A stretch of DNA of 63,003 bases, filler included, from Choristocarpus tenellus KU-1152 (GCA_964200185.2; 11 parts of 11 records of this genome joined end to end with filler, not necessarily neighbours in it), one strand, 5' to 3'. Positions 36,401 to 49,299 are shown, counted from the whole stretch's first letter. The notes: generated by a model from the sequence alone, not told the origin. A program made the numbers and translations.

Positions 36401-39400
36401 GTTACTGCTTCTTGTTCCCTAGTTGCGACTACATATTGGTGTATGGGTCTATTTGAATACTATGATCTCACAGATTTATTAGATGCAACGCTTATACCAG
36501 CGTTGGCATCCACTGCCAACTACTGGAGTAGCACTTCAAAGCACCTTCTTGAGTGGTTTGAGTGTGCTGGGAAGGGTAGTAAGAGAATTCCCTGCAAGCA
36601 GTATCTCCTCCAGATTTGTGAGGCAGGATAGACCATTGGGCAGCTCATGCAGCTGATTGTTGGAGGCACGTAGGCACCTGGGACAGAAGATTGTGGAAGG
36701 GATGGACGATGTGACAATGGAGGTATTGATAGATGTGTTGGTAGTGTGCTAGAGGTGTTGGACAGGTCCAAAACCTAGAAGTCTGAGACAGAAGGTTCAA
36801 CAACTGTACTATGACGTGATTACATTGAGTTTCGGTTGGAGGGACACATTGAATATCATCATTTTGATTTTCGATCGATTGATGCCAGTGGTCAGTGATT
36901 AGATTGAGCAGATATGTGCTAGTCTGTTGAAGTCAGAGCCATAGCTTCAATAGAGAAACTGGTATGCAGTACTGTTCTAATGAAGAACGAAAGAGGATGG
37001 AACTATTTGAACGAGGCCATGTGCTTGCTTGCACTAAGGTATCTCGACATATAGCTTCCTTGCTAAAAGTAAGTGAAGTGATTTTTGCAAGCTCTGGTGG
37101 AAGAAACAACCCATGTATGGAGTGCTGTGTAACACTTTGAGAAGTAGATAGTAAAATCACAAGAGAATCCCCAAAGGATAAGACTCCACTAAATATGGAG
37201 TCATGGAGGCGATGCAATCATGACTTCAATGATGTGTTGTAATTTCTGCATTCTTACCCAGTGAGGTGACTCATCAACTGGAGTACAAGGTGCGGGTCAG
37301 AAAAGGATCAGACGAATAGTCCAATTTCCTACATCATCTCCTCCGACATGAATCATGAGGTCCAACCTCAAAGAAGGATGCAAACACTACTCCTTGAGGT
37401 TCTAATGACAGCATAGATCTTCTACGAGTGCTGGCACCTACACGCTCAAAGGCAGACAAATAGAACAATATTTGTGACCGTAAAAGACATGATTGGCGGG
37501 TTTTTTTTTCAGAAGAACTTCTCAGAACAGCAGCATCGTCAATTGGTTGTCGATCTTTTTCTTGTTTGCGGAATAAACTCCAGGAAACCTAACCCTTACC
37601 CTTACCCTTACCCTAGGCATACTGATACAGGATGGTACAGTTGGTTGCGTGCAGGATGAGTTGGAGCTTCCATATACTCATATACTTTAGGTGTGTATTG
37701 ATTCATGTGGGATGTAGGATATCCATGTGCAAGAAGGGGCAAGACTGGGGAACTTAATCCTTTTCATTACCAGTATCTACCTCTCCCAAAGTTCAAGCCT
37801 GGTGCGTCATTACCATCCTACGAAGGGTTATAGTTTTTTTATTTTTTCAAATTTGTTAACTCAGATGTGTGTTAGTCTCCAGAAGCTTCCGTGGATGCAG
37901 CTGCCCCCCTAAAACCCTGAGAAACAAAGTCTCTAATCTTTTTTGCAATCTTTTTTGCAATCTCAGCATTGTGTTTGATATCGGTTGATGTAGTCAAATT
38001 TCAAGAGTCTTTTGTGGTGAAACACTATCAATATAAATCTACTTTGGTGAAACACTATCAATATAAATCTACTGTGGTGAAACACTATCAATATAAATCT
38101 ACTGTGGTGAAACACTATCAATATAAATCTACTGTGGTGAAACACTATCAATATAAATCTACTGTGGTGAAACACTATCAATATAAATCTACTTTGCAAG
38201 TAGGCTCCACCGCACCATAGAACACATTACCTCAGGGTACTCACTTGGTGTGCTATGTATTGTATAACATGCACTCAGAGTTGTTGGAGGGGATACTTGC
38301 AGACAGGTTTGGTCCGACTAGGGACCAAGGCTTGTACCAGTAGAAATGCACGCGAGCCAAATTATCTTAGAGGGTAGGGCCGTGTCCATTTGGGAGCCAA
38401 AATCCAATGTTCCGATTTCGATGTAATTATGACTATCGTGTTTGTTAGGAAGTGTCAATGTCCTTGTTCCGGACACAGCTTTTCATAACTTATACATTTT
38501 AGCCACTCCAAAACAAAATTGGAGTCGGAAAATGTCATAAAAAACATGGGAAGCCAAGCCCGAAATGGCCGTACAGGGCAAAATTCGTACCCTCTAAGAT
38601 ACGTTCACTCACGCCATCAAGAACCACCAGATCCTATTTTGTCTAGTCAAATCGTGGAAGAGGTTCTTAAAATCGGTTCCTTTCTGCCTTTGCCGTGACC
38701 ATATCAACAAACAACTAGTACCAGGCCTCCAAAGATGCTTAGTGTAATTAAAAGTTGTACGGCTTCAAGCTCCCCACACCTGGCCTTAGTACTGAGAGTC
38801 ACCCAGTCGATTTTGGCAACCCTTGCAGCCGATGGTGTAGCACGCACAAGTGAGGAGGTCTTAACACATTTTTCACTTTCTTCTTCTTCTATGGAGACAT
38901 ATCTCTTCCTTCCAGCAGCTATCTGGATAGTCTAAGCTGAGTCAGGAAAGCAGTACTATATTACAAGTAGCCTTAAGGCACAGCATACTGTTTACATTTC
39001 CTTCTCCCCACGACATCCCCAGCATTTGAAGCCGTAACATGTTTTTGTGTTGCCCTTCCCCACCTGAGATTTGTGAGCTTGCGGACCTCCTGTGGTAGCT
39101 TCGGTACCTTACCACCTCTGAAGTCCAGGTGCTCGAGGCTGAGGCACCGGAACAGGTCCAGAGGGAGTGCCTCCAAGGGGTTGTGGGATATGCTAAGGTG
39201 GGAGAGGGACACCATGCTGCCCACGAATTTCCCCAGTTCCTGGTAAATAGGTGCATTTTGTTTGGACTACGTGCTGTAATAACATCGTTACTTATGTCGA
39301 TTATAACCAGCGTATTGTGGGTTTCAACATATTTCACAATCAGATATTGTGTACAAGTTATTCAAAAAAATTGACTCATGAATCCTCCCGAGTTCACGAT

Positions 39401-41907
39401 GTACTTAGTAGGTACTCCATAGTATTTCTTCAAATATTGTTTGGAATTTGTGTCACTTTGTGGAAGGAAGGCTAAGTAGTTTGTTCTACCCACTACAAAA
39501 CACAGAGGCAAATATTACAGAAAGCAGAAAAATATATAGAAAAAAAGAGCAACAAGCATAATGCGATCTATCCATAATAATAAGAATGATCATTGTTGTT
39601 GTTTTGGATCGTTTGCCTTTGCACAAAAAAGCACTATATGATGTAGAGTGAATACATCTTACTGTCTCAATTCTACATTAATATTTTTTCATTGGTGTAA
39701 GTGTTGGGTCTTTCTTGGTATCATGTCCCTTGTCTTCAAATAGTACTTGCAGCAACTTGAGTGCATCGATTGATATAAAACTCCACATATGCAAGAAAAA
39801 ACTGTCAAGTGTTTGTTCCCTGTCCGATCTTGCTGCCTAAAAACCTTACTGCCCAATATCTGGATCTTACCCACCATGATAGCATTCCCTGCAAGGTCCA
39901 ACTTCCTGAGTTTAAATAACCGACCAATGGACTGATCCACTCTCCCTATTTGATTCAAAGAGAGGTCGAGGACTTGAAGGCTTGTCATCTTCCCGATGTC
40001 CTCTGGGCACTTTTCCAGACTCAGACTGCTCAATCTAAGCTGTCTCATCAGGCTCAGAGCACCCAGGTCCACTTCCCAGGCCCTCAGAGGGTTGTGAGAG
40101 AGACTTCAGACAAAATATAAACACATCAGGACATAGGGTCAGGGCAGGGGTTGCAGACAAGGAGCGCTCAAATTGGACTGATTTTTTTTGGTGTTGCAAG
40201 CTTCAGGCTTCAGGCTTTAGGCTTAAATCATGGCAGTAGGCCTGTACTATGGCATAATTAGTGCACTCTGGAGCAGGTGGCGGTGTCACCCGCTTGAAAA
40301 TAGATGATGTATTTAGAGGAGAATTGTCTGAAAAATATATCTCCAATTGAGAATGTTCATCAGGGGAATTGAACTATCCAATGATTCTTCTCCCTACAGG
40401 GGCCTTTTCAATCTCTCTTATGTGCATAGTCACTTCAGGATTGTCGGGATGGGAAGCGCTGGGCACACAAATTATATATTTTTTGCTACTAATAGAATAG
40501 CCAATGAGTTCTCATCGGTTTAATGCAATGGGATAATTTTTTACCCTGAAATCTCTGCTATCCCATCAATGCTACAACTAAGATCACTTACACCTCAACA
40601 GGAAACAAACCTTCCAACGTTAGCCAAAAATTCTTAGCCTGATACTTCCTGTTCCGAGCTGCTACCGTCCCCTATCCCCTCTTTCTCGACCCTCCTCACC
40701 AACAACATCAACCTGCTCCCCACCCCCTTGTACCAATGTCCGTACTCACTCAAGCTCTGTGAGTGTAGTAAGAGTGCCAATCGCAGGCGGTGCTTCCTCT
40801 AGCTGGTTATGAGTCAAGTTGAGTTCTTGGATGCTGGCAAGGAACGACTTATCCCTCCTACTTGCCAGCTTGAGAGGCAGCAGTGGTCCCAAACAATTGT
40901 GGCTAGCGTCCAGGACACGCAGTTGGACAAGAGAGTTTATGCTTCCGCTGATTTGCTCGAGTCGATTATGACTGACATTTAAGATGGTCAGGTTGACGTT
41001 ACCACCTATTGAAGGGGGTACCTACAACATGTTTGGGTGGATGGATGGCAAAGGTAAGACGGCAAAGGAGTCAGTTGGAGAAGGTGGATTTAAAGTTTAC
41101 AAGGTGTTTGGAATAGCCAAGGTTGTATATGTACAGGGCTTGCAGATCTACTTCATTGGTGTCTGCTGCACAGGATCTGTCGTCTTTGCTTCCACCAAAG
41201 AGCTTCCCATCTCCTCTCATAGCCTGTGATATGAATATTATTCTCACACATGTAGGCAAATGAGGATGCATGCAGTAATCTTCAACTGTGCTTCAGTTTA
41301 GGAACCACACCTCCTAAAACCAGGACCCACACACAAAACCCCTGCCTTGTGACCTCTCAAATGAAGGGATAATTCTCAGCTACCTGAAGTTTTCACCTGG
41401 ATAGCAGTAAACATCTCCTATAATTGAAAGTATCTCAGAGGGTATGAGTTTTGCCCTGTTTGTCCATTTGGGGCTTGACTTCCCTCACTTACTGGAAGCA
41501 CATAATTATAATATACAATCAAGGCGGGTGACCTAGAGGATTTTATGACATTTTCCTACTCCAAAATAGTTTGGAGTAGGTAAAGTATATGCGTTATTAC
41601 AAGGTGTATCGGGAACAAGGATAATGGCACTTCCTAACAAACACGATAGCCGAAATTACATCGAAATCATAACATTACATTTTGGCCCCTAACTGGACGC
41701 GACTCTACTCTTAAGGTACTTAGGCTCTAGTATTTTGAGTGTCATTTGCACCCCAGTTGACCTCCCTCAGGTCACCTCTTCAATGAAGTTATTTTGCAGG
41801 CGAAGATCCTCCAGCCTTGAGCACTTCTCGACCTGTGCCGGCCATGTCTTGAGTTGATTGTGGCTTACGTTTAGGCAGCGAAGAGCTTTGAAGAGGCCCA
41901 AACCCAC
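30420..41907 (-). CDS. Leucine-rich-repeat protein with C-terminal TPR-like helices, partial. Exons 41907-41776, 41021-40750, 40103-39875, 39239-39064, 36677-36545, 35757-35584, 35245-34949, 34126-33938, 32612-32484, 32236-31602, 30545-30420
   Basis: Eleven AG/GT exons join with consistent phases. There are many LxxLxLxxNxL repeats (LRCLNVSHNQL, LQVLDLSLNQI, LRKLDLAGNAI, LEEILLAGNSL), followed by TPR-like AVAHLKAGDPGFAVSKLE and LASARNNLGQFDRAMADCQ. Confidence 0.85.
30629..30909. mobile_element. MITE family C, diverged, containing a (CCCTAA)n tract at 30702-30730
   Basis: Starts GAGTCAAAGTACATGAGAGGTA; interior is similar to the other C copies in reverse orientation. Confidence 0.65.
30910..31066 (+). 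repeat. Compound (GTA/GAT)n trinucleotide microsatellite
   Basis: Read directly from the sequence. Confidence 0.9.
31217..31540 (+). repeat. Tandem duplication of a ~160-bp unit ending in (TG)n
   Basis: TCAGTAGGAAATCTCTATG...GAAGGGACATTCACTAAC occurs at about 31218 and 31379. Confidence 0.9.
32681..32938 (+). mobile_element. MITE family A, subfamily A2 (GACCCAAAGCAT ends)
   Basis: TIRs present; flanks ACCA/ACTA. Confidence 0.88.
34495..34752 (+). mobile_element. MITE family A
   Basis: TIRs present; flanks ATT/ATT. Confidence 0.92.
38013..38194 (+). repeat. 30-bp minisatellite x6 (TGTGGTGAAACACTATCAATATAAATCTAC), intronic
   Basis: Near-identical head-to-tail units with no spacers. Confidence 0.97.
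38354..38610 (+). mobile_element. MITE family A
   Basis: TIRs present; flanks ACGC/ACGC. Confidence 0.93.
41422..41727 (-). mobile_element. MITE family A with a ~50-bp internal insertion
   Basis: TIRs and A interior, with extra sequence at ~41485-41536. Confidence 0.85.
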
Positions 41908-42971
41908 CTTTGAGGTCCTCCGGAGGATATGGAGGAGACAGAAAGATCGATGGATGAGTCTCAAACACATCAGGTTCAGTATTGAAAATATTATTGGAGA
42001 GGTCTAGGAAATCTATTTTATTAAGAGAAGAGGGGACTCCACCAAGTCAACGCCTTCAATCGCTAGTTTTTGTGGGGGAGGGGAGGGAGTCAAGCCTTCA
42101 TCAGATAACATCGGAGCGTTGGAATAAAGTATCCAGTAGTGGAAATAGTCCTAAAGATTGGGGAGCAATATGTTAATAGAATATTTCGTACTCCTCCAAT
42201 TCTACCATGCACTCCAAGTATATCATTACAAACTACTATTAAAACACTTCAAAACACGAGCTGAAGTTCTTGTATCACTACACCAGAACCTCCCTACAAA
42301 TACTACCTTTCAAGAAGTTTAGAGTCAGTTCGAGCGTGCGGTGTGTGGTGTGGACCTCTGCTGCATATTTCGTCACTGTTAACCTCCAAACGTTTTGTCG
42401 ACTCAACTTTTCCCTCAACCAAAATTTGGATGCCTCCATAATACCTCCTTAATGTCATGAATGTGCTTGGTGAAATGCAGTTTCACTCTAGCAAAGTGTC
42501 ATTGCTATTAAAGTGTGCAAGTGTGCTGATGAAATGGGAGAGGGGGGNNNNNNNNNNNNNNNNNNNNNNNNNNNNNNNNNNNNNNNNNNNNTTAATTAAT
42601 TAANNNNNNNNNNNNNNNNNNNNNNNNNNNNNNNNNNNNNNNNNNNNTCCCCATAATTTAGTCAGATACTTGTTTTGTCTTGCTTACTCTTGACGAAAAT
42701 CATGGAGATCCATCTCGAGCACCTCTCAGGTTGAAGCATGATGACCTGTGTGCGCCCCCCCCTTGTCTTCTTGCAAATAAATCCCCTTCTCGACCTCCCC
42801 TTTCTGTGCTAGTCCCTCTTTGGGTAAAGTGTCTGAATATAACTATCCACTGGTGCTTGGGTTTATAGCTGAGAAATGAGACTGTTCTTCATGAATCAGA
42901 GATCCAAATCAATTAAGAGGTAGGCAAGTTTGGATCCTTCTACATTCTAATTCACATTTTTAAACCCTCTG

Positions 42972-43165
42972 TAGTGTACTCCGTTTCGCTGCTGCTTTAT
43001 GTGCACAATAGTGTGCTCAAAAATGATATCCCTTTTCTACACACGAATTAACGCCACAATTCAGCAAAGGCACTTTCTGCAAATGTAGAAAATTGAGTCT
43101 TCTCGCCCTTTCTCGCGACCCCTAAAATGACATCTTACCTATCTCTCAGTTGGTTTTCGCTCAGA
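42972..43165 (+). repeat. Dispersed repeat D. Other copies at 44605-44795 (+) and ~45335-45415 (-)
   Basis: Shared CACACGAA...CCACAATT.AGCAAAGG...TTTCTGCAA.TGTA.AAAAT block. Confidence 0.7.
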
Positions 43166-43374
43166 GGGATCGTGTTTTATACCATAACTGGCGGCAATTG
43201 GTCAACTTCTTCGACTTTACAGGATATATTGTGTTAGGTATGATCAGGAGTGGTCAGACTGAGTTCACGGTCAAACATGATGCTACATTTCGTTCCCCAA
43301 TTTGCTGGCACACGAAGATAGGAAGCAGATCAACTCAAAAACACCACATCCTACTGCAGTCCCCACACCACTTC

Positions 43375-43580
43375 GACCCAAAGCGTTTAAGAGGGTAGGA
43401 CCGCGTCCGTTTGGGGTCATAAATCCAATGTTTCGATTTTGAATCATTTTGATTTTGAATCATTTTGGTTATCGTGTTTGATAGCAAGTGTCGACATCCT
43501 TGCTCCGGACACACCTTTCATAGTCGTATGCATTATAGGTAACTGTGTTCAAACAGAAAACCGAAAAAGGGCATAAAAAC
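43375..43580 (+). mobile_element. MITE family A2, 3'-truncated
   Basis: Starts GACCCAAAGCGTTTAAGAGGGTAGG, followed by A2 interior. Confidence 0.82.
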
Positions 43581-43657
43581 CCCTTTCAAATATCATATGT
43601 CGTTTGGTCAAAAGCCTTCCACACCGTTGCTTTTCTCACACATCGATGAGAAGTTGC

Positions 43658-43917
43658 GAGTCAAAGTATCTGAGAGGGTAGATCTGCGTCCATTCGCGGA
43701 TCAAAATTCAATGTTGTGATTTTGATAAATTTTTGGATATCGTGTTTGTTAAGAAGTGTCGATATCCTTATTCTGGACACACCGTTTAATATCATACACA
43801 TTTTACCTACTCCGAAACATTTTGGGGTAGGAAAATGTTATAAAAAAACCATGGGAAGCCAAGCCGCAAAGTGTACAAATATGGGAAACCTCGTACCCTC
43901 TAAGACACTTTTCACCC
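43658..43917 (+). mobile_element. MITE family A
   Basis: TIRs present; flanks TTGC/ATGC. Confidence 0.9.
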
Positions 43918-44010
43918 ATGCCTGACCTTACCAAAAGAAAAACTATGAATCTCGATGAAAGGAGGGTGTGGCGGCAATGGTGGAACCCCCTCAACGCAGA
44001 AAAACTATGT

Positions 44011-44292
44011 AATCCAAAGCATTTCAGAGGGCAGGGCCGCGTCCGTTTGGGGTCATAAATCCAATGTTGCGATTTCGATGTAATTTTGGCTATTGTGTTT
44101 GTTAGCAAGTGTCAGTATCCTTGCTCCGGACACACATTTCATGGTCGTGTACATTTTACCTACTTCAGAATGCTTTGGATTAGGTAACTGTGTTCACATG
44201 AAACCGAAAAAAGGGCATAAAAAAACTGTGGGAAGCCAAGCCCCAAACGGACAAACAGGGGTAATCTCCTGCCCTCTGAAATGCTTTGTATC
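44011..44292 (+). mobile_element. MITE family A2
   Basis: TIRs present; flanks TGT/TGT. Confidence 0.88.
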
Positions 44293-45854
44293 TGTTCTTG
44301 ATCATTCGACGGGGACTGCCACCACTTCTTGCTCGCACTTTACGTTTCGTAATGAGGTACAAAGTACGTCAAAGTACATCCTGGTACTAAGTCCTCTTTC
44401 TATCCTCAATCCAGACACCGCTAGAACGGCATGGTGGCCTTTCAAATGTGTATATTTTGAAGTATTTCTCAATGTATCTAATATTTTCCGTACATGGACA
44501 TTAAACGTTGTAGTATAGAAGTATATTACTACTGAGCCAAAGCAATTGATAGGTTTGCAGTTTTGGACCCTTTTGCATTCTTGGCCATCTTTATTTCCCT
44601 GTGCAATACACTCTATTTCACTGCTCTATGTTCGCAATAGTATACGCAAAATTGATACTCCCTCTTTCCACACACGAAGTTATACCACAATTAAGCAAAG
44701 GGTATTTCTGCAATTGTACAAAATGGCGTTTTTTACCCATTCTCAGGATCCCCTTAGAGTGCAACCCCGCCTAACTCTCAACTGCTTTAGCTCACTATAC
44801 CAACGAACATTTTGCAGACATTGTCATGCATATATATGTTGGGAAAAAAAGGAGACGTATGTAAGTAATGCACATGTGTCCATATGAGACTTTATTTCTG
44901 CAAGAGTCTGGGTGTTGCTGCTGCAAGAAGGTCCTGCTGTGCGGCAGGGGCCTTTACACCCAGGGGTTCAAAGACCTTGATTGTTAAGCAACAATTGTCT
45001 CTACACTTTATAGTGCTGAGTTGGGGGATTGTATCGTTCATCACTGCGGTGTGTGGTACTCGTTAGGGCTTAAGCCAGCCTGCTTAGGAATCCCTATGCC
45101 ATGCAGGGTGGGTGGGAGGTTAGCTCTGATTCTTCAACGACCTCGATTGTCTGCTAATCACTGTGTACCTATTGATTGTAAATTACTTATCATAGGTTTG
45201 TTACACGTGTTTGGTCATTAAGTGAAAGGCGTCGGCTCACCATTGTCTAGCTTATTCCTCTGCATGCGTAAATGGAGATTGCAGCAAGCACAACAGCACT
45301 ATAATGTTGATGCTTCTCAGAGGAAAGATTCAAACAAGTTGAGAGGTAGGTAGGGTTAAATTTTAAGGATCCCGAGAAAGGGTATAAAGACGACATTTTA
45401 TACATATCCAGAAATATGTGGAAAGCAGGTTTGTCTGATGTTATATACCGTTATTTCCGCATGCCATATACCGCTATACCGATTGAGGATTCCTTAATAG
45501 GAATCCCCGATTAAGTTGTGGAATCTTTCGAGAGATCAATCCCACAAGTTAGTGGACATATCTTCAACCAAAGATGTGTCACACGTTAAAGAGTCTCTTT
45601 GTTGTCATATCTTGACTTTTGTGATGATCCTCCTCTCGCAAGATTCTCATTACTCCACAATTTCCCTGCAAGTCCTTGTAGTCTTGCACTTGTCCAACCT
45701 TAACCTCGTCCTCTCGGATACGGTTTGTCGTGGTCCGTCTGGTCTGTTTTGCCCGGTGATTCTCTTCACCCTTGCCTGAGTGAACCCAAGTCGCCACAGA
45801 ATCACACAATAATTAATATTGGCGACATCGGCGAGCTCAGAGATGGGCTGACAA

Positions 45855-47330
45855 TGTTGAATAGCGTAGTACATGAAAGGCTCATCACCCAAAGCCGTTG
45901 GTTGAGTTATATGGTAAACATACACTGAATTATCAATTGCCCGCCAGCCACACATCATCACTGACGTATGAATGAATACTGACTCATCATACCGTTATGC
46001 ACTTTACTACTTTTGCATTATACCGAACTAAAGATAAAATACATGAAACTATGTTATATACTTGTATCAGCACATACAACGTAAGGATAACACTAGGTTA
46101 TTCGACATCCTCCCCTTGCTGAAAACAAGTATTGAATATCAAACAATCACAAATATATATATACACATATTTTTTCTAAATATTAATAAAAAACTCTAAT
46201 ATGTTGTCTAAAACCTCTGAGTGGAAAATTCTTGGTCAACACATCTCCCCTCTTGCTTGCAGTGTCAACAAAAACAACACGAATCTCTCTCTTTCTATCG
46301 AAGTCCCTCAAAAAATGGTGGCGGACATTAATGTTCTTTGTTCTAGTAGAGCTTGTGGCATTTCGTACTAGTTTGCATGCACCATCGTTGTCCTCAAACA
46401 TATCAATGCAACGCCTAGAGGATTGTAACTGAATAACCTCAAAAACACTTTACAAGAGAAGCAATTCCTGTGCCACACTGCTAAGGGATATATACCCGCT
46501 CTCCGTTGAAGACAAAGCTACAACCTTTTGAACCTTTGACATCCAAGATATTGCTCCTCCGGCAAACATTATTGCTCCTCCAGTCACTGATCTACGATCA
46601 TTACAGTCTCTAGCATAACTAGCATCAGCATATGCACTCAACTCACACTCAGTATCAAAATCACCAAAACTCAATCCAACACTGGGACATGTATTCAATT
46701 TAAATCAAGTTTGGCTACCCCATAATGGTCAGTGATGTGCTGTCAGCCCCGGTCGTGTTCTTTGCCTTGTGGACATGTGGTGCAGTCATACATGCAAGTT
46801 GAGTCTTTCACCACACTATTGGATGCCCCCGAATCAAAGCACCATCTTTCTAAATTACATCTGCTCACCTTGCCTTTGTTAGTCAGCGCGGCTAACACGG
46901 TCTTAAATCTTCTCCCTCCTTTCCTTGCTGGCACCACCTCTGGTCCAGCTAATAATTCTCCCATCGACTTTAACAGAGTTGCCCTCCTCTGGCGATAAAT
47001 ATACTGCAGATGTCCCTCATTCCCACAGCTGCAACGCCGTCCTTCAAAAGTGCAAGGACCAGCGTGTCCAACCAACCCACAGTTGAAACACTTTTCAATT
47101 GCCTTGGTCTCGGCCTTGGCAAGGGATCCTGTCCTACCAGGGTCTGCATGGTGACTAATCGTACCGTGGCCACCACGATGGTAGACCTTCAGTGACCTCT
47201 TCTGCGAGCTCACAGTTCCTGCAGCAATAGTACTCCCAGGCTCTATGCGATCAGCTGCCTCTCGTTGTAATGATAAGTAACGTGAATGAGCAGCGTTTTG
47301 GATCATCGCTCTCTAATGCTAACCCTTATT
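45855..47330 (-). mobile_element. Ty1/copia LTR retrotransposon remnant: gag Zn knuckles, protease, RNase H, PPT (46108-46118) and 3' LTR (45855-46107). Integrase and RT core deleted
   Basis: CFNCGLVGH, WCFDSGASN, YADASYARDCNDRRSVTG, WMSKVQKVVALSSTES and FEDNDGA...RTKNINVRHHFLRD. The purine tract CAAGGGGAGGA abuts a TG...CA LTR. Confidence 0.92.
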
Positions 47331-47346
47331 ATGGTATTGAAGACAA

Positions 47347-47876
47347 TGTTTAGTGATTTGATAGTAGTCATCCAAACAGTCCAGCATAGCAATTCGTAGT
47401 ACTGTTTCCGACATCATATGCCCCATCATTGCCATCTGTCCTACCCAGTCCAACGTCGTAGTAAAGGTGACCTGCGGGTTCAAACCCTACGGCATATTGA
47501 AGCTCATCACCTGTTTTTTGGAGTCTCACGTTTTCCTCATTAGAGTGAATATATAATAAGTCAACATTAATCCACACATCAGTGATGATGGATGGTTGAC
47601 AGGCAACTAATAATTCAGTGTGTGTTTTACCATATAGTTCAACAGCTAGCTTCCGGCGACGAACCTTAGATGCGCCAAGCTTCTCAACATGCTTAAGCGC
47701 TTAATCCAAACTCTGGCCAGGGGAGGTGCGGCCGGACTGGTTTGTTTTGAATTGGCATAGCACCACTCATGGCTTCTGATGGGACCAACACCAAACTCCT
47801 CCAGCTCTCGGACAACAATTATGCGGACTGGTTCGCTACAACGCGCGCATTTTTGGGGGCTAAGGGGGACATTGAT
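47347..47876 (+). mobile_element. Second copia element: 5' LTR (47347-47689) and gag start (ATG 47769)
   Basis: TG...CA block whose 3' part aligns with the 45855-46107 LTR (TCAGTGATGATG...ATAATTCAGTGT...TTACCATATA). The ORF MASDGTNTKLLQLSDNNYADWFATTRAFLGAKG is typical of a copia gag N-terminus. Confidence 0.8.
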
Positions 47877-48271
47877 NNNNNNNNNNNNNNNNNNNNNNNN
47901 NNNNNNNNNNNNNNNNNNNNTTAATTAATTAANNNNNNNNNNNNNNNNNNNNNNNNNNNNNNNNNNNNNNNNNNNNCAGGGTTATCCCAACTTTTAAGTA
48001 AGGTGGTGCACGAGCTACAGCTAATCATCCGCCCCCCCACCCCCTTACATTATCCTGCCCTTATTATCCTGCATATTTCCTAATTATGATATTCTGTCAC
48101 AATCAATTTCTTTCAACTATACCATCTTTTTTTTTCCTTGTATCATCAACAATAAATCTACTGCAAATCCCTAATTCTTAATTTCGTCGTTCACTCCACC
48201 TACACTATCAACCTACCAAGTGCCAGTACTCTGAAACATTTATACAGTTTTTCTAATTTTGTTTTGTTTTT

Positions 48272-48385
48272 GAGTGAAAGTATCTTAGAGGGTACGAGTT
48301 TGCCCTGTTTGTCCATTTAGGGCTTTGCTTCCCATGCTTTTTTTAATGCATTTTCCTACTCCAAGATGTCTAGGAGTAGGAAAAA
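48272..48385 (-). mobile_element. MITE family A, partial
   Basis: GAGTGAAAGTATCTTAGAGGGTACGAG end. Confidence 0.85.
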
Positions 48386-49299
48386 CAAGTATTTAATGTT
48401 TACTCTTAACATTGCATCTTCTTCAATCCTTCCTTCACTTCAACTTTCTTATTACATTTTTGTGTTGTACATGGATCACACAAAAATAGGCCTGGCAAGG
48501 ACAATTACTTGGGGTTTTTGGGCTCGCTCCAAAACGTAGAATATGATCCAAAATGAAAAATTATTCGTTTCAGTTGTGAACGGCCAATAGTGAAAAAAAT
48601 AAAAGATTACTCTTCTACCACAACAAGTAAAGACTCGCAGGCAAAATCTTGGAAGCTACTTGGCTTGTCCAACCGTTGTTCTAGGGTCTGACATACCCTA
48701 CTCCTAACACATGTCGCCCCTCGATTGAGCAGTAAGGTAAGTTGGAGAAAATGTGCCCTGAATCAAAAGACACAACCACAGCAACACCAAATACGCCTCT
48801 GCATTTCTCCACCTGTCCTATCTGCCTTGTTCTGTGCACCTGAAAATCCAACTCCTTTCCTGACGAAATCACGCCACCAATTACTTCCCACACCATCACT
48901 AGCCTGTGTTGTATATATTTTATTCTCACCATTCACTGCGACTCTCTCAAAACAGTTTTCAAACGAAAAAAAACTACTCCTTCAACCTTCAATTCTCAAC
49001 CTGTTTGCTCTGTAACCAAGTACATAAATTGGGTTGTCTCGCATAAGCCCACATACTTGTCTACCTAAATATTGAGGAGCTCTGCTCTGCTTGGAAGTAT
49101 TCCAATAACCGTGGTGTTTCCACATCCCTACCCAGTAGAGGAAACCCATCCAAAGATGTGCTGTTAGATTCGAAATATCTTTTCGTGCGTTCGTTTTTCA
49201 CAAATGTTTTATCTTAGAACATTTTAGGATACATGCCAACAACGTACAGCATGTCTACAATTTGCTTCCCCTTCCAAGTGTCATATTTTCAATTCCGTT

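Noticed and set aside
38013-38194. 30-bp repeats as a CRISPR array or a repeat protein (ORFs 37963-38199, 37969-38220)
   Set aside because: Units are contiguous with no unique spacers, there are no cas genes, and the array lies in an intron. The ORFs are by-products of a period divisible by 3.
38779-38922. Possible extra exon of the LRR gene
   Set aside because: Its phase is incompatible with the upstream exon, which splices cleanly to 36677.
45850-47346. GACAA preceding both LTRs as a TSD
   Set aside because: The LTRs are in opposite orientation and belong to different elements, so the match cannot be one element's duplication.
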